A stretch of DNA of 61,648 nucleotides, counting the filler, from Choristocarpus tenellus KU-1152 (taxonomy: Eukaryota > Protista > Phaeophyceae): NCBI GenBank assembly GCA_964200185.2. It is 8 parts of 8 records of this genome, joined end to end, with 100 filler letters (N's around TTAATTAATTAA, not from the genome) between each part and the next. Parts side by side here need not be neighbours in the genome. Positions count along the whole stretch, not along the records: positions 33,168 to 50,579 come from CAXNAD020000675.1; positions 50,680 to 53,607 come from CAXNAD020023586.1; 6 more parts are not named here. One strand, 5' to 3'. Under the pieces are notes generated by a model, which ran no database searches, was not told the origin of the DNA, and saw only the letters and a list, made by a program, of their open reading frames with translations. The position numbers and the translations under genes were made by a program. Of this stretch, positions 39,875-51,888 are shown piece by piece; positions within the stretch are counted from its first letter, which is position 1, and the number at the start of each line of letters is the position of its first letter.

Positions 39875-42800
39875 TTTTTTATGTAGTCTCCCAGACTCGT
39901 GCATCTGATAGCCATGATAGCCATGATAGCCATGATAGCCATGTGGTGTGCGAAAAACAAAACCGACTCTCTGCCGACACAAACGATCACATATTATTTA
40001 TTTTTTTCCTCTTTCCTTTTTCAGTACATATTTCCAGTACGTATTTTCACAGGTGTTTCTTTTCTTTTGATTGATTGATTGGCCTTTGACAGTTGTATGT
40101 TGTATGTTGTATGTCTGACGTTTATCTACCCAATGCTGCGCCCGCATGGTCCTGTAGTAGCTGTATGTACCCTGATCCTAAGTGTGTGCACATAAAAGTT
40201 AAGAGTGTCTATTTTAGTATTGTGTACTATATTCTCGGAAAACTCAATCTGGATTTGAAGATCTGATGTTTTGGATTTTCACTGTGTTATTTACTCTGCA
40301 CTGGAAAAAAAAATCCTCTTCGAAGAAGAAGAAGAAAGGGAAACGTTAACCACAATCATATAATACAAAAAAATAGAATACTTGCTAGACCCCTCCTTCC
40401 TGATCTCGTTCACACTCTTTTAGAAAAATAATAATAACCAGAAAAGGCGTTCGTTCTGTCCATTTAACAAAAAAACCCAACCTTGAACAAGAACCTGCTG
40501 AGAGTGTTCTTCATCATCATCCCACACTATTTTTATTTTGTTACAAAAAAACAGTAATGAAACAGCCCTAAAAGTGTCCATTTTGTCCAATAAAAAGTAA
40601 AAAAACAAAAAATAAAATATAAAATATAAAATATAAAATATAAATCAACAAATGAACGAACCAGGTAGGTGAGCTAGGAGGAGAGGTGGCTGAGCTCCTG
40701 CGATCCTCCTGTGGTGACTGGATATGGACTGGGCACAATCTCTCCTCCAACACGATAGTATACAACCTTGGGGATGTGCCACAGTTTCTCTCCGAGCAGT
40801 GGTCCGTTGTGTTCCCAATGTCTGATACTGATGATGATGACCAATGTATCGGCGAGGATGGTGGTACTGATGATGGAGACGACCCACTAGAAACCTTGGG
40901 GTGTTTCAGGTGGGGGATAGCTCGACCATACCGTCTGTCTTGTGTCTATTGAATTGGAGATTTTTTTTAATTGCATTTTTTTTTGTATTGTAGACGTAGC
41001 GTTTGTGTGTTGTGTGTTGTGTGTGCGTGTATTTTTTCAAAATTCCTTACCAAGTTGCTAACTGACACAACCGTCTGTTGAGAGGAGGGGTCGAATTTGG
41101 CTCTTTAAAGTACCAATATTGGTACTAGTATTGTATTGCTGTTATTACTACTACTACTATTATTACTACTATTATTTTTACTATTATTACTACTATTACT
41201 AGTATTAGTGCTCGGAAATACAGAAGTCATAGGGACCACTTAAAAACTCAATGACACCCTCCTCTTATACTTCATGATAGCTTATGTACTTCACAATATC
41301 TCTTATACTTCACAATAACTCTTACACTTCACTACAACTCTTACACCTCATAATAACTCTTGTACCTCACAATAACTCTTATACTTCATGATAGCTCTTA
41401 CACTTCACAACATCTCTTACACCTCACAATAACTCTTACACTTCACAATAACTCTTATATCTCACAATAGCTCTTATACCTTACAATAACTCTTATACCT
41501 CACAACAACTCTTACACCTCACAATAACTCTTTACACATATTGCTGATATTCACAACATTATTCCTACTACATATTGTTCTTACACACTGAATAATTCCC
41601 ACTACCTCTGTCTTTTTATTTATTGAACAAGACCAGTGTGGAGTCTGTTCACCAATGAATGAATCACTGCCTTGCGCCCTCCCTATACAATCCTAAGAGC
41701 ATCATCCTCACCGACTCCCATACCACTGTGTTGGATAGGTAGACTTCTGCCATGAGCTATACCACCACTCTTACCTCATTGCCCTTCCCAGAGGGGCAGA
41801 CAGGTTGTAGGTGTTGTCCGCAATCTTGAGTACTATTGACTTCAGAATTACCTTCAAGGTGGTCTAAACCAACCTGCTAGCAATTATTGTCATTTTTTTT
41901 AACCCCGTGGGTGCAACAATGCATGCAATGTCATAAAAAGAGTGAAAGTATCTTATTAAGAGAGGGTACGAGTTTTGCCCTATTTGTCCATTACTTGGGG
42001 CTTGGCTTCCAACTGTGTTTTTTATGACATTCTCCTACTCCAAAATATTTAGGAGTAGATAAAATGTATACATTATGAAAAGGTGTGTCCAGAGCAAGGA
42101 TATTGACATTTCTAACAAACACGACAGCCAAAATTACACCAAAATCGGAACATTGGATTTTGCCTCCAAATGGACATGGCTCTACCCTAACCCTAAGATA
42201 CTTTGACTCAAAGCTCCCGATGGGGGTGACCTTCACGGTCCCGCCCCCCCAAGGCCAAGCCAGATCGATTTCTCTGTGACCGCTGATTCCCTTCTATCGT
42301 GGGGTGAGGGCAGTTAAAGGATGCCCTGGGCCTTCCACTTCCCAAAGGGCACTTCTACCAGCTGCTGCCTACAAGGAGATCTGCGATCACAATTCTCTTT
42401 CTCTTTCTCTCTCTCTAACTCTGTTCTGTTCTTCCTCTTTCAAAGATTGTCATCCCTCTCCTCCCCAGACATGCCCTGACAGTGGTTGTACGGCCTCTCA
42501 CCAGGGCCTCTGAATCAGATCTCAATGTCTGATATCAACGTCTGATTGCCCCCTCTTCTCACTCATTGGTATGGCGAATGCCTCACCCGAATCATATGCT
42601 CCTGAGAGAGAGAGAGAGTAAAGAGGTGATCAGTTGTGCTGTTTTGAGATTCTAGGTTACAAACCCTAACCCTAACACATGAACATACTAGTTGTTTGGA
42701 GGGAGTCTTGCCCTAGGATGATGATGCCCATATCAATCATTTTTTTGAGGCTAGAGAGGTGGTATTAATTGCACTTGACTACCACAACTTGAATTGGCAA

Positions 42801-45662
42801 TGTTTTTGTTTTATTTTTTTCTGTTATTTTGTACTTTGGAGTAGTAATGACGGTACTTGGAATGTAACTGATATGTAAGTAGTAATGACATACTTGGAAT
42901 GTAACTGATCCTATCGTACAGTGAATACAGTTCCTTTTGCCCACCATTGAGGGGAACATAATATAGACAATATATATATAAATAAAATATAGAGATAAGT
43001 ATATAAATAAAATATAGACAATATTTAGAATAGAGATTAAAAATATGTAATATTGAAATATATATAAAATATAAGTAAAAATCCGGTGGCATGCCGTTTT
43101 TTGAGGAGATACCGTAGATTCCTGCCAACCAGATATTGGGGGGATCGGTTATTTTATGTGACATAATACGGTATACCACCAATATATATATGTATATACC
43201 ACTGATGGTATACATTCTCTATATATAGTCCCCTGCCACCATTCCTATTAATAGTACCTGAATTATTTTATTATTACCTGAATTACTTTATTATTTTACG
43301 GCCCTGATGCCATTTCATTCTCTTCCTGTTTTCTTGGAGCGTTGGTCATGTGGGGTTAGGGTTAGGGCTACCTTGTACAGATTATTCCTTTTCTTTTTCT
43401 TCTTCTAGGCACTGGTTACCTAGCGCATCATGGTGTGGCATGACAAAGAGTTTCAGAGGGGGGGGGGAATAGACTCAGGAGGTATGTACATGTAGATGCA
43501 TATATTATGTATGTTGTTGATGATTGCTTTTTGCCTCAGTTACTGTCGGTTCACACTGACTACACCATCGGTGTCATGAATATTTTATATTGTACATTTA
43601 GTTTTTTTTATCACATAACAAGAACAAAAAAATATATCGGTAATATGTACAGTGCGATCCTACACACTGGTCACTGGGATGGGGAAATACATTACTTCTA
43701 TGAGACTGGACCTCGCAAAACATTTTGTTTCCGAACAGAACCTTTACAAACACGAACGTCCCAAGCCTGAACCTCCTGGAACCATTTCACCCCCCCTGGG
43801 TCCTACGAAGAACACCAAGAAACCCCAATGCTACTGCTGCTGGTAGTGTAGATCTTGAAAATGAACGAATGAGATCCCTACCGTGACCCAGACTAAAGGC
43901 TGGAGAGAGAGGTGACTGGGTGGGATTTAAAGGGCGCTTTTTGTCGGAAGTATGAGTGGGTATGTATCAACAAGGCCTTACAAATTCATAGGCCAAAGCG
44001 CGAGCGGTCCGTAACAAATTTTTGTTTCTTTTCGCAGGCTCTCTTAGCGATGGAACCTTTCTGGGAACATTTCTCTAGACCTGGGACAAACCCTAACCCT
44101 AACCCTAACCTGGGACTAGACATTTGCAAAGAGGCAAAAACCGATCAGCCTTGACGGCTGTTGGACATCTCTCACTTCAACAAAGAGCATTAAACCATGC
44201 TTTTTTGGGTTCATTTTTCGTTTTTTGTGATGTATGTGTTCATTACTTTTTTTGAAATTCATATTTGCACAGAGTGTATTCTATAACAAAAAAGAATGAA
44301 GAAGAGGAACTTATTGTAGTATGTAATCTAGGTATTGTGCAATACGCCTAATTTGATATTGGGAACTCCTTTGCGACGTAGTAGAGTGTATTGAATTGTT
44401 AACACCAACCTGTTTGAACGGCAATGCCAAAAACCTGATCTGTCCCTAACCCTAACCCAAGCTGGTGGTGTCGTCCCATGCATTTTTTTTTATTTCTTGC
44501 TGTGGTTGTACTTACATTCTTCGTGCTGGATGGATGGATGGATGGATGGATGGATGGGTATTGGCAGAGGACCAACAGCAAGGGCAGTTACAGAGTCTGC
44601 GTCATTGTATTTGACCCCTTTTCTCAAGGTGTTAGGACACACTAATTCTACTGACAGTAGAAGAACTCGATCTCTGGCCTCTGAAGTGGATGATGATGGT
44701 TTTGTTCTTGAGGCAGATGACATTATTGGCGATGATGGCAGCAATGATGATGGGAACGATGATGGGAATGATGATGGGAATGATGATGGGGATGATGGCA
44801 GCAATGATGATGGGGATGATGGCAGCAATGATGATGGGGATGATGGCAGCAATGATGATGGGGATGATGGCAGCAATGATGATGGGGATGATGGGAATGA
44901 TGATGGGGATGATAACAGCAACAGTGGAGGTGTTGATGATGATGGAGATGATAGCAACAGCTGGGGGAGTGTTGATGATGACGGTGGCACATTGGGCTTC
45001 ACTTCAGCTACTGTCTTCAATGTGAGTTGGATATATATTGACCAGGGGAGAGGGGGGGAGGGGGGGAGGGGGAGAAGTCGAGGAAAAATAAATAGAATTC
45101 CAACAAAAATCTTAAAGTTTGAGGAATTTTTTTTTTTGCTTCCATCGCAACCGTAAAAAAAAATTGGTGTAAAAATAAATAACTTTGTGTAAAAAATTAA
45201 TTGGTATAAAAATAAATTGATGTAAAAATATATAAATTGATGTAACTGTTGCGAGTGCATGGAGTTTGTGGTGGAAAAAAAAACGCTACTAAAAATAATA
45301 ATAGAAATTAGTAAATAATATTAAAAATAATAATAGAATTAGTAAATGATATTAAAAATAATAATAGAATTAGTAAATAATATTAAAAATAATAATAGAA
45401 TTAGTAAATGATATAAAAAATAATAATAGAATTAGTAAATAATACTAAAAATAATAATAGAACTAGTAAATAATATTAAAAATATTAAATAATAATATTT
45501 CAGTGTGCTCCACTGCAGTCTAGAATAGAAAATACGCAAAGTGCACTGATGAAAAACCCGTGAAGTGGATTGCCGATCTCCGATGGAAAATAATGTACCT
45601 GCGAATTGCTGACATGCACATTCATTAAAAAAATTAAAAACAAGAAATCTTTTTTTGCTTTC

Positions 45663-45699
<37 letters not shown>

Positions 45700-47181
45700 G
45701 TTCTCCTATCCATGATCCAATCAAATTGCAGCGATTCAAGTTGCTGTTATATATATATTTTTTTAAACACAACCACAGGGATCATTAAAAATAAAAAGAT
45801 AATGGAGTAGATGGGAACCATTAGACGTGTGCAAACCCTAACCCTAACCGCAACCTGAAAACAGCACGTCTCTGAAGTTGACAGAACCTTATTGATCTCA
45901 CATTTTTTGTTTTTTTATGTTTTTTGTTTTTTCTTCTCATCTCTCGTCAGTTCTTCAGTTTCATTTTTTTTGTTTTATTTCTCTTTAATCTCATTTCATG
46001 CTTCAAATTAAACTTTTTTTGTGTGCTACTCAAATATTAAAAAACATGTAGCGGAAATGTCTTGTCCGGTAGGGTTATTTTCTCCTTTTTTTAAATTCTT
46101 TTCTTTTTGAATTTTTTTATAAATCACCATCTTCTCGTGATCCAGAATTTCAATCAGAAACAGATCTTACTTCTTGTATGTTATGCATTATGTGTTACAT
46201 GTTATGTGTTACGTGCTATGTGTTGTGTGTTATGTGTTACATGTTATGTGTTGTGTGTTATGTGTTACACGTTTTGTGTTGCGTGTTATGTGTTATGCCT
46301 TACATGTGTTTTGTGTTATGCATTATGTGTTATGCATTATGTGTTACGCTTTATGTGTTATGTGTTACGTTTATGTGTTATGCGTTATATGTTACGTGTT
46401 ACATGTCTCTGTTAAGGCGACATCTCACTTTCACCTGAAAGTTGCCTCCTTGCCCATCCTGGTTGTGTACATCCATCCCAGAAATTTCCCGCCTTCCAAT
46501 ATATTGGAAATCTACAATTGTCGGAGCACAGTATAACGCTATGACGTTTACCACAAACGGTACAAGCAATTTCACATATACCGTCAACCTTGTTTTTCTT
46601 GGTCATACTGTACCAACAACTAAACCCTAACCCTAACCCTATCAAAAAGATTGTACTTGACACATTTGTTCCTTCATGAGACCTGAAGTAAGTAGCTGTA
46701 GTAACGTAATCGCCCTTGCTAGAGAAGGGAACCACTAGACAACACCTGGAATTTTCACCCAACTAGGTTTAAATTTTAATGGGGTTAGGGTTAGGGTTGG
46801 CCACACGCCTCCCCCGGTACTACAAACAATCATGTAGTAACATGATCACAACCGGCCCATGGCCAGCTCCCGGTGGAGTGTGTTTTCATAGGGGCCGACC
46901 CAGGGTCATCAGAGATTTGAACCTTACTGGGCTGTGGTGCTGGTCAGAGAGTCAGAGGTTGTTTGTACCCAGACCAGGTCGTGGACCAGGCGTGGTCGTG
47001 GTCCAGTCAGCGGTTCAGGTTCTCTGTCCATCTGGTACAGTGGTTGGTTCTGTTGGTTCTGTTGGTTCTGTTGGTTCTGTTGGTAATGATATTTGGCACC
47101 GGGAGAGCCCTAACGAACACTAGAGATGGGGTCCTCTGAGGCCTTTGTTTGTGTGTGTATGTATGTATGTATGTATATATG

Positions 47182-47212
<31 letters not shown>

Positions 47213-49174
47213 ATATGTATGTATGTATGTATATATGTATGTATTATTTTTTATTTGAAGCGGGAGTGAGGAAGAATGGCCAAAAATGCCTCAGAAAACC
47301 CAGGAAGAACAGCCAAAAATGATCGACCGGTTCAAGCAAGGGTCCATATCCATCATTGTACTATCTGTGTACCTATTTCTTCGTGCACATTAAATTATTA
47401 TTATTATTATTATTATTTTATTTTATTAACTACTATTATTACTATTATTATTAATAATATTATTATTATTATTACTACTGGTGAGTATCATTGGTGATTA
47501 TCATTGGGTAATAATAACATAGTAGTACTAGTACCATAGCGGTAATAACCATTGATATCCCCCCCCCCCCCCCCCCACTCCAAATTACAAAATTTAACAC
47601 TACTTAACACAAAACATTCCCACACCTTCCTCCCCCCCCATCGACAACACGACTAAATTGCTCATGACTGGAAAGAGTACTATTTCTGTGGTAAGAGTAC
47701 CTGGTCCGGACAATGTGAGAACTCTCTCCAAAACTTGCATTGCCCAGGGGTTTGTTGCTCAAACAGTAACCCTCCATCTGGAGGTGAGTATTGTACCTAT
47801 CCATGACGTATTGCTTTGTGTTTTGAAACAGCGACCGTGGGAGAGAGTGCACCAGTACCCCGTATATCCAGTGACAAACAATCTGACAAACAATGTGACC
47901 AACAATGTGACCAATAATGTAACCAATAACCTGACCAATAATGTGACCAATAACCTGACAAACCTCCGCTACTGATTCCCAGTAAACCAACCAATGCGCC
48001 AAGATTCTTCAAATCCGTTCCACCTTCCTCCACTACACTTTCCACATCTTTCCACCAACAAGAACTGCGCCATTTCCCACCAACCTCACAAGAGAAAAGG
48101 ATAGATTCAAAAAAGAATACTGTGTGTCAGGGCCTTCCCCCTTCCCCCTTCCCCCTTCCCCCTTCCCCTTCCCCCCCCCTCCCCCATGGCAGTTGGCGGG
48201 TCAGCGTGACGGTGAAAGAGATGTAAAGTATCGGTAAAGTATCGGTAAAGTATCCTGGTGATTGAATGCAACAAACACAATGTGCAGATTAGGGCTAGGG
48301 TGTAAAACAATATCGATCTGTTCTTTATTTTTTTTTTAATTTCATTGATGAGATTGCTGCAACAATCATATTTCCTGTGCTGGAAGCTCTAGAGTGAAAT
48401 TTCCTGTGCTGGAAGCTCTAGAGCCGGTGCTGGAGATTCTAGAGTGAAATTTCTTCACCAGCACTATACCGAAACAACATGTTCCAGAATGAAAAGTATT
48501 TTTTTTTCTTTTTGAAAGTTAAATGCTACACATCGCTTGCATCTGTCTCTCTGGTTTTTATCTACCTCCTCAGTCTTGATTCTAAGATAATTTATTATTT
48601 TTTTTACCATTGATTTTTTAATTTCGTTACATGATTTTATTATTTTTATTATTATTATTATTATTTTGTTATTTAGTGAAACAATAGCTATTTTTATTAT
48701 TTTTGTTACACTGGCCCCTTTTTTTTTTTAGTATTATTCAAAATTTGAACAGAGGTACCCTTATGATAGTCTTAGTATTTACAGTGCACTACACCGGACA
48801 GTAGTTGAGAACTACCTCTGAAAACAATGGACAGTCCAGGGTATAGTACATGATGCCACTTCTTAGACAGTCCAGGGTATGGTACATGATACCAGTTCCT
48901 AGACAGTACCACTTTCAAACTAACAACCCCCCCCACTCACCCCCTCTACCTTTCCCAATTCCTCAGAATAACGCCTACCCCTTCCTGCTGGAGTTTGAAA
49001 TCCCTGGGTGGGGATTGACATCCAGTGACATCCCGGTGAACCCTCCCCCTTCCCTTGAGGCTGGTGATATTGCATGCCAGGTTCGGCTTCCCACACCACA
49101 GCCAAGTCAGGCCCCTTCCATTGCATCAACTCTGATGCCTTCAATGGAAGGATCCATAGCTCCTTCAATACAAG
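36007..49174 (+). CDS. Putative secreted or cell-surface protein with Cys-containing N-terminus, Asp-Gly repeat tract and Pro/Ser stalk; 3' truncated, some internal exons ambiguous
   Basis: Well-bounded exons: 36007-36291 (hydrophobic LLLWAVSSLLLPLTKA, then NVTLSCPSQCGC), 40665-40909, 44629-45021 (DDGSN/DDGN repeats), 47676-47783, 48967-49174 (PTPQPSQAPS). Candidate exons near 43409-43481 and 46.4-46.6 kb are ambiguous. Linkage into one gene is inferred. Confidence 0.55.
39293..39407. repeat. 22-bp minisatellite (ATGTACCATGTATTATGTGTTT), ~5 copies
   Basis: Directly visible tandem units. Confidence 0.85.
41261..41535. repeat. 19-bp minisatellite (CTCTTAYACYTCACAATAA), ~14 copies
   Basis: Directly visible degenerate tandem array. 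Confidence 0.9.
41940..42209 (+). mobile_element. Second copy of the ~260-bp MITE family
   Basis: Colinear with 30114-30372 (GGGCTTGGCTTCC, CCTACTCCAAAAT, TTATGAAAAGGTGTGTCC, CATTGGATTTTG). Small insertions in both TIRs. Confidence 0.85.
45289..45485. repeat. ~31-bp AT-rich minisatellite (TAAAAATAATAATAGAATTAGTAAATAATAT), ~6 copies
   Basis: Directly visible tandem units. Confidence 0.85.
46176..46405. repeat. Degenerate (TGTGTTA)n heptamer array
   Basis: Directly visible. It generates the spurious Cys/Val/Tyr ORFs here. Confidence 0.85.
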
Positions 49175-49527
49175 GTGAGCTTGTTAAAAAAAGGGGGCGG
49201 GGGGACAAAGAATGATTGTAAGAATAATTATAAGAACATTTTATTGTAAGAAAGTGGCGTATGGAACGTTGCGCTTCCAAATTTTAAATGTATACATGTA
49301 TGTATACGAATCATGGGGGGAAATGAGGAATTTTGGGTCCTTGATTCAACATACGTAAAAAAAATTGAAAAAAAAACTTTTAAAGAAAAAAAAGAATAAT
49401 AACTAATGGATGGATGGATGGATGGATGGATGGATGAAGGTATTCATAATATGGATGGATGGAGCCAGTAGTTTGTTGTCTAAGTTAGCATTGAATTTTG
49501 TGAAGGGTTAGGGTTAGGGTTAGAATT

Positions 49528-49787
49528 GAGTGAAAGTATCTTAGAGGATATGAATTTTGCCCTGTTTGTGCATGTGGGGCTTGGCTTCCCACGGGTTTTT
49601 ATTGACATTTTACCTACTCCAAAATGTTTCAGAGTAGGTAAAATGTATGCGTTATGAAAAGAAGTGTCCAGACAAGACATTGGCATCTCCTAACCAACAT
49701 GATAGTCAAAATTACATCAAAATTGCAACATTGGATTTTGGTCCCCAAATGGACGCGGGCGTACCCTCTAATAAGATACTTTGGCTC
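49528..49787 (+). mobile_element. Third copy of the ~260-bp MITE family
   Basis: GAGTGAAAGTATCTTAGAGG...TAAGATACTTTGGCTC, colinear with the other two copies. Confidence 0.85.
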
Positions 49788-50506
49788 ATTTCGTACACAA
49801 TTTTTTTCATTTTTGGATCATTAAAAAAAAATATCGAAATGGGCGTGTGATGCAATTTGATGTGGTTGTAAACAGAAGACCAATAGTGATGACTTGATCT
49901 TCATATTGCAACCTTGTTTTAAATGCGTTGGCATTGTCACTTAAAATTAAGCCCTTCCCCGCCCAACATCAATATCATCACCATCAATGCCTACTTTGTC
50001 TTGGCAACTCTGGATATAACTCCAGACCACAACATTCACATGTATATGTATAATTAATATATTAATATTTATATTTGTATGTATAAGAAGAAAAATCAAG
50101 TACAAAAACGAACTAAACTATTTGAAATATGAAGTGGTAGTGACGGAGGTAGCGACTTACCTTCCCCACACAGTAAAAAAGTAAAAAGGTACCCAGTTTT
50201 TTTTTTTTGCGATTTGAACAGTTTTTTCAATCTCTTGGAATTTACGTATATATATATTTTATTTTTTTCTAGGAAGTGCTGCGTTTGACCAGAGAGGGTT
50301 TTTTTCTTCTTTTTAATTATTGTCTGTTACTTTTCGACAGAATTATTGAACAATATATCCTACAGTCATTCGTAAATAAAAGGTCGAATTTTGTACTCTT
50401 ACGTCAGTAGCCTTCAGATGAACTCTGGGTAACTCTTGCTTACTTTGACTCAAACAATAATAAAATGAAATATTCAACTATTGTATGGTGTGTTGTTTAC
50501 TCTTCA

Positions 50507-50560
<54 letters not shown>

Positions 50561-50680
50561 CCCCCCCCCCCACCCCCCCNNNNNNNNNNNNNNNNNNNNN
50601 NNNNNNNNNNNNNNNNNNNNNNNTTAATTAATTAANNNNNNNNNNNNNNNNNNNNNNNNNNNNNNNNNNNNNNNNNNNNG

Positions 50681-51076
50681 GTGGTTACTGAGATGTACAT
50701 CTTTGAGGGGTGTGAGGATAGTGGCGACTGGAGGCAGGAGGAAAGGGGAGGGTACGATGGGGGGCGGTGTGGGGGTAGAACGTTCGAGGGGAAGGAGGTG
50801 AGTTTTCGTCTGTTTGTGAAGACTAGATGAAAAGTGGTTGGCGTTACTCAAGGGGATTCAGCTATTGGTGATCAGGTGTATGAGTGCCGACGCAACGACG
50901 AAGGTTTTTGATGATGACAGGAACTCTTCCAATCTCATCGAAGACCAAATGTGTGTGGTGCACTATCGAATATCTCTATCTCTGCATCATATCAACTAAA
51001 GAAATGGCAAGGGGGGGAAGCTTGCAGGCATACATTTTGTGGCTTGAGAGGCGAAGAAGATCCAGAGCCCAGATAG
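50681..51076 (+). CDS. Possible last two exons of a gene truncated by the contig start
   Basis: Open frame 50681-50797 ends at GAG|GTGAGT, followed by a phase-0 acceptor at 50921 open to TAG at 51074-51076. No domain recognised. Confidence 0.3.
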
Positions 51077-51888
51077 TATCCTAGGAGAAGTCCCCCTGAG
51101 AAAGCCTATCCCAAGAAAAGGTGAGAGGTGGTTGTAAATGCGATGTCGAAGGGACCGTTTAGAGAGTGCAATGACTGGTTTTCACACGTGATGCTCGAGC
51201 AAAGAACATTTCCGTCAAATCATATTGACATGCAGAAGTCTCATGTCAAAACCTTGACTAGTTTGAGGAGCAATGCCATGCATGAACTGAAGAAGCCCAA
51301 TGACGTCGCTTCTCGGTAATGTTGGCAATATAGTTCTGTTGCTTTGGTTTCCGATGCATACACAGCGTATTTAGTGTAATTTACTTGTCTCGTTGCTCAG
51401 CAATAATCGAACCTACACAAAACAGAGATCCAGTCCCTTGTCCACCTAGTCTCCAACAGTCCAGCAGCTTAGTCTCGGGCGATAAATCAGCATTGGCATC
51501 CCAAAATTACGGCATATGCGGAAGGAGGAAACTCACTGCCAATGAACCATGCCGAACTCCGTTCTCAGCCGTGTGACGACTGGCCGTCCTTCCTGAAGTA
51601 CTCAAGTTTCGACACGCAACCCTCCCAAACGCTCCATATCGAGCATTAGCAGTTGCATTTGCACACACCACAGGTAAGTTTACCAGCAGGCGGGACCTCC
51701 CTACAACGGTGGTGGTAATCATCTATAGAGTCTAGGCGTGCTTTACACACTTGTAACCTTGTTCAAGTCTAACTAAGGTTTCAAGGTCACCTTCACATCA
51801 AACCAAGATGCCTAGTTAGGGTTAGGGATGTATGTGTTCCAACAATTTCCAACTTAACCATAAACATTTTGTCCCTAACGTTTTGAAA

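Noticed and set aside
41632-43481. Alternative exon chain with in-frame TGA codons suggesting a selenoprotein
   Set aside because: There is no redox motif context or visible SECIS, the acceptors are weak, and several equally plausible frames exist.
44490-45260. Met-rich, His/Cys-rich and Ser/Pro-rich ORFs overlapping the GAT repeat
   Set aside because: They are shadow frames of the Asp-Gly exon. The Asp frame is the one I could fit to phase-compatible splice sites.
50510-50579. Long poly-C tracts here and at 58645-58692
   Set aside because: They sit at contig ends where homopolymer length is unreliable, so no function can be inferred.
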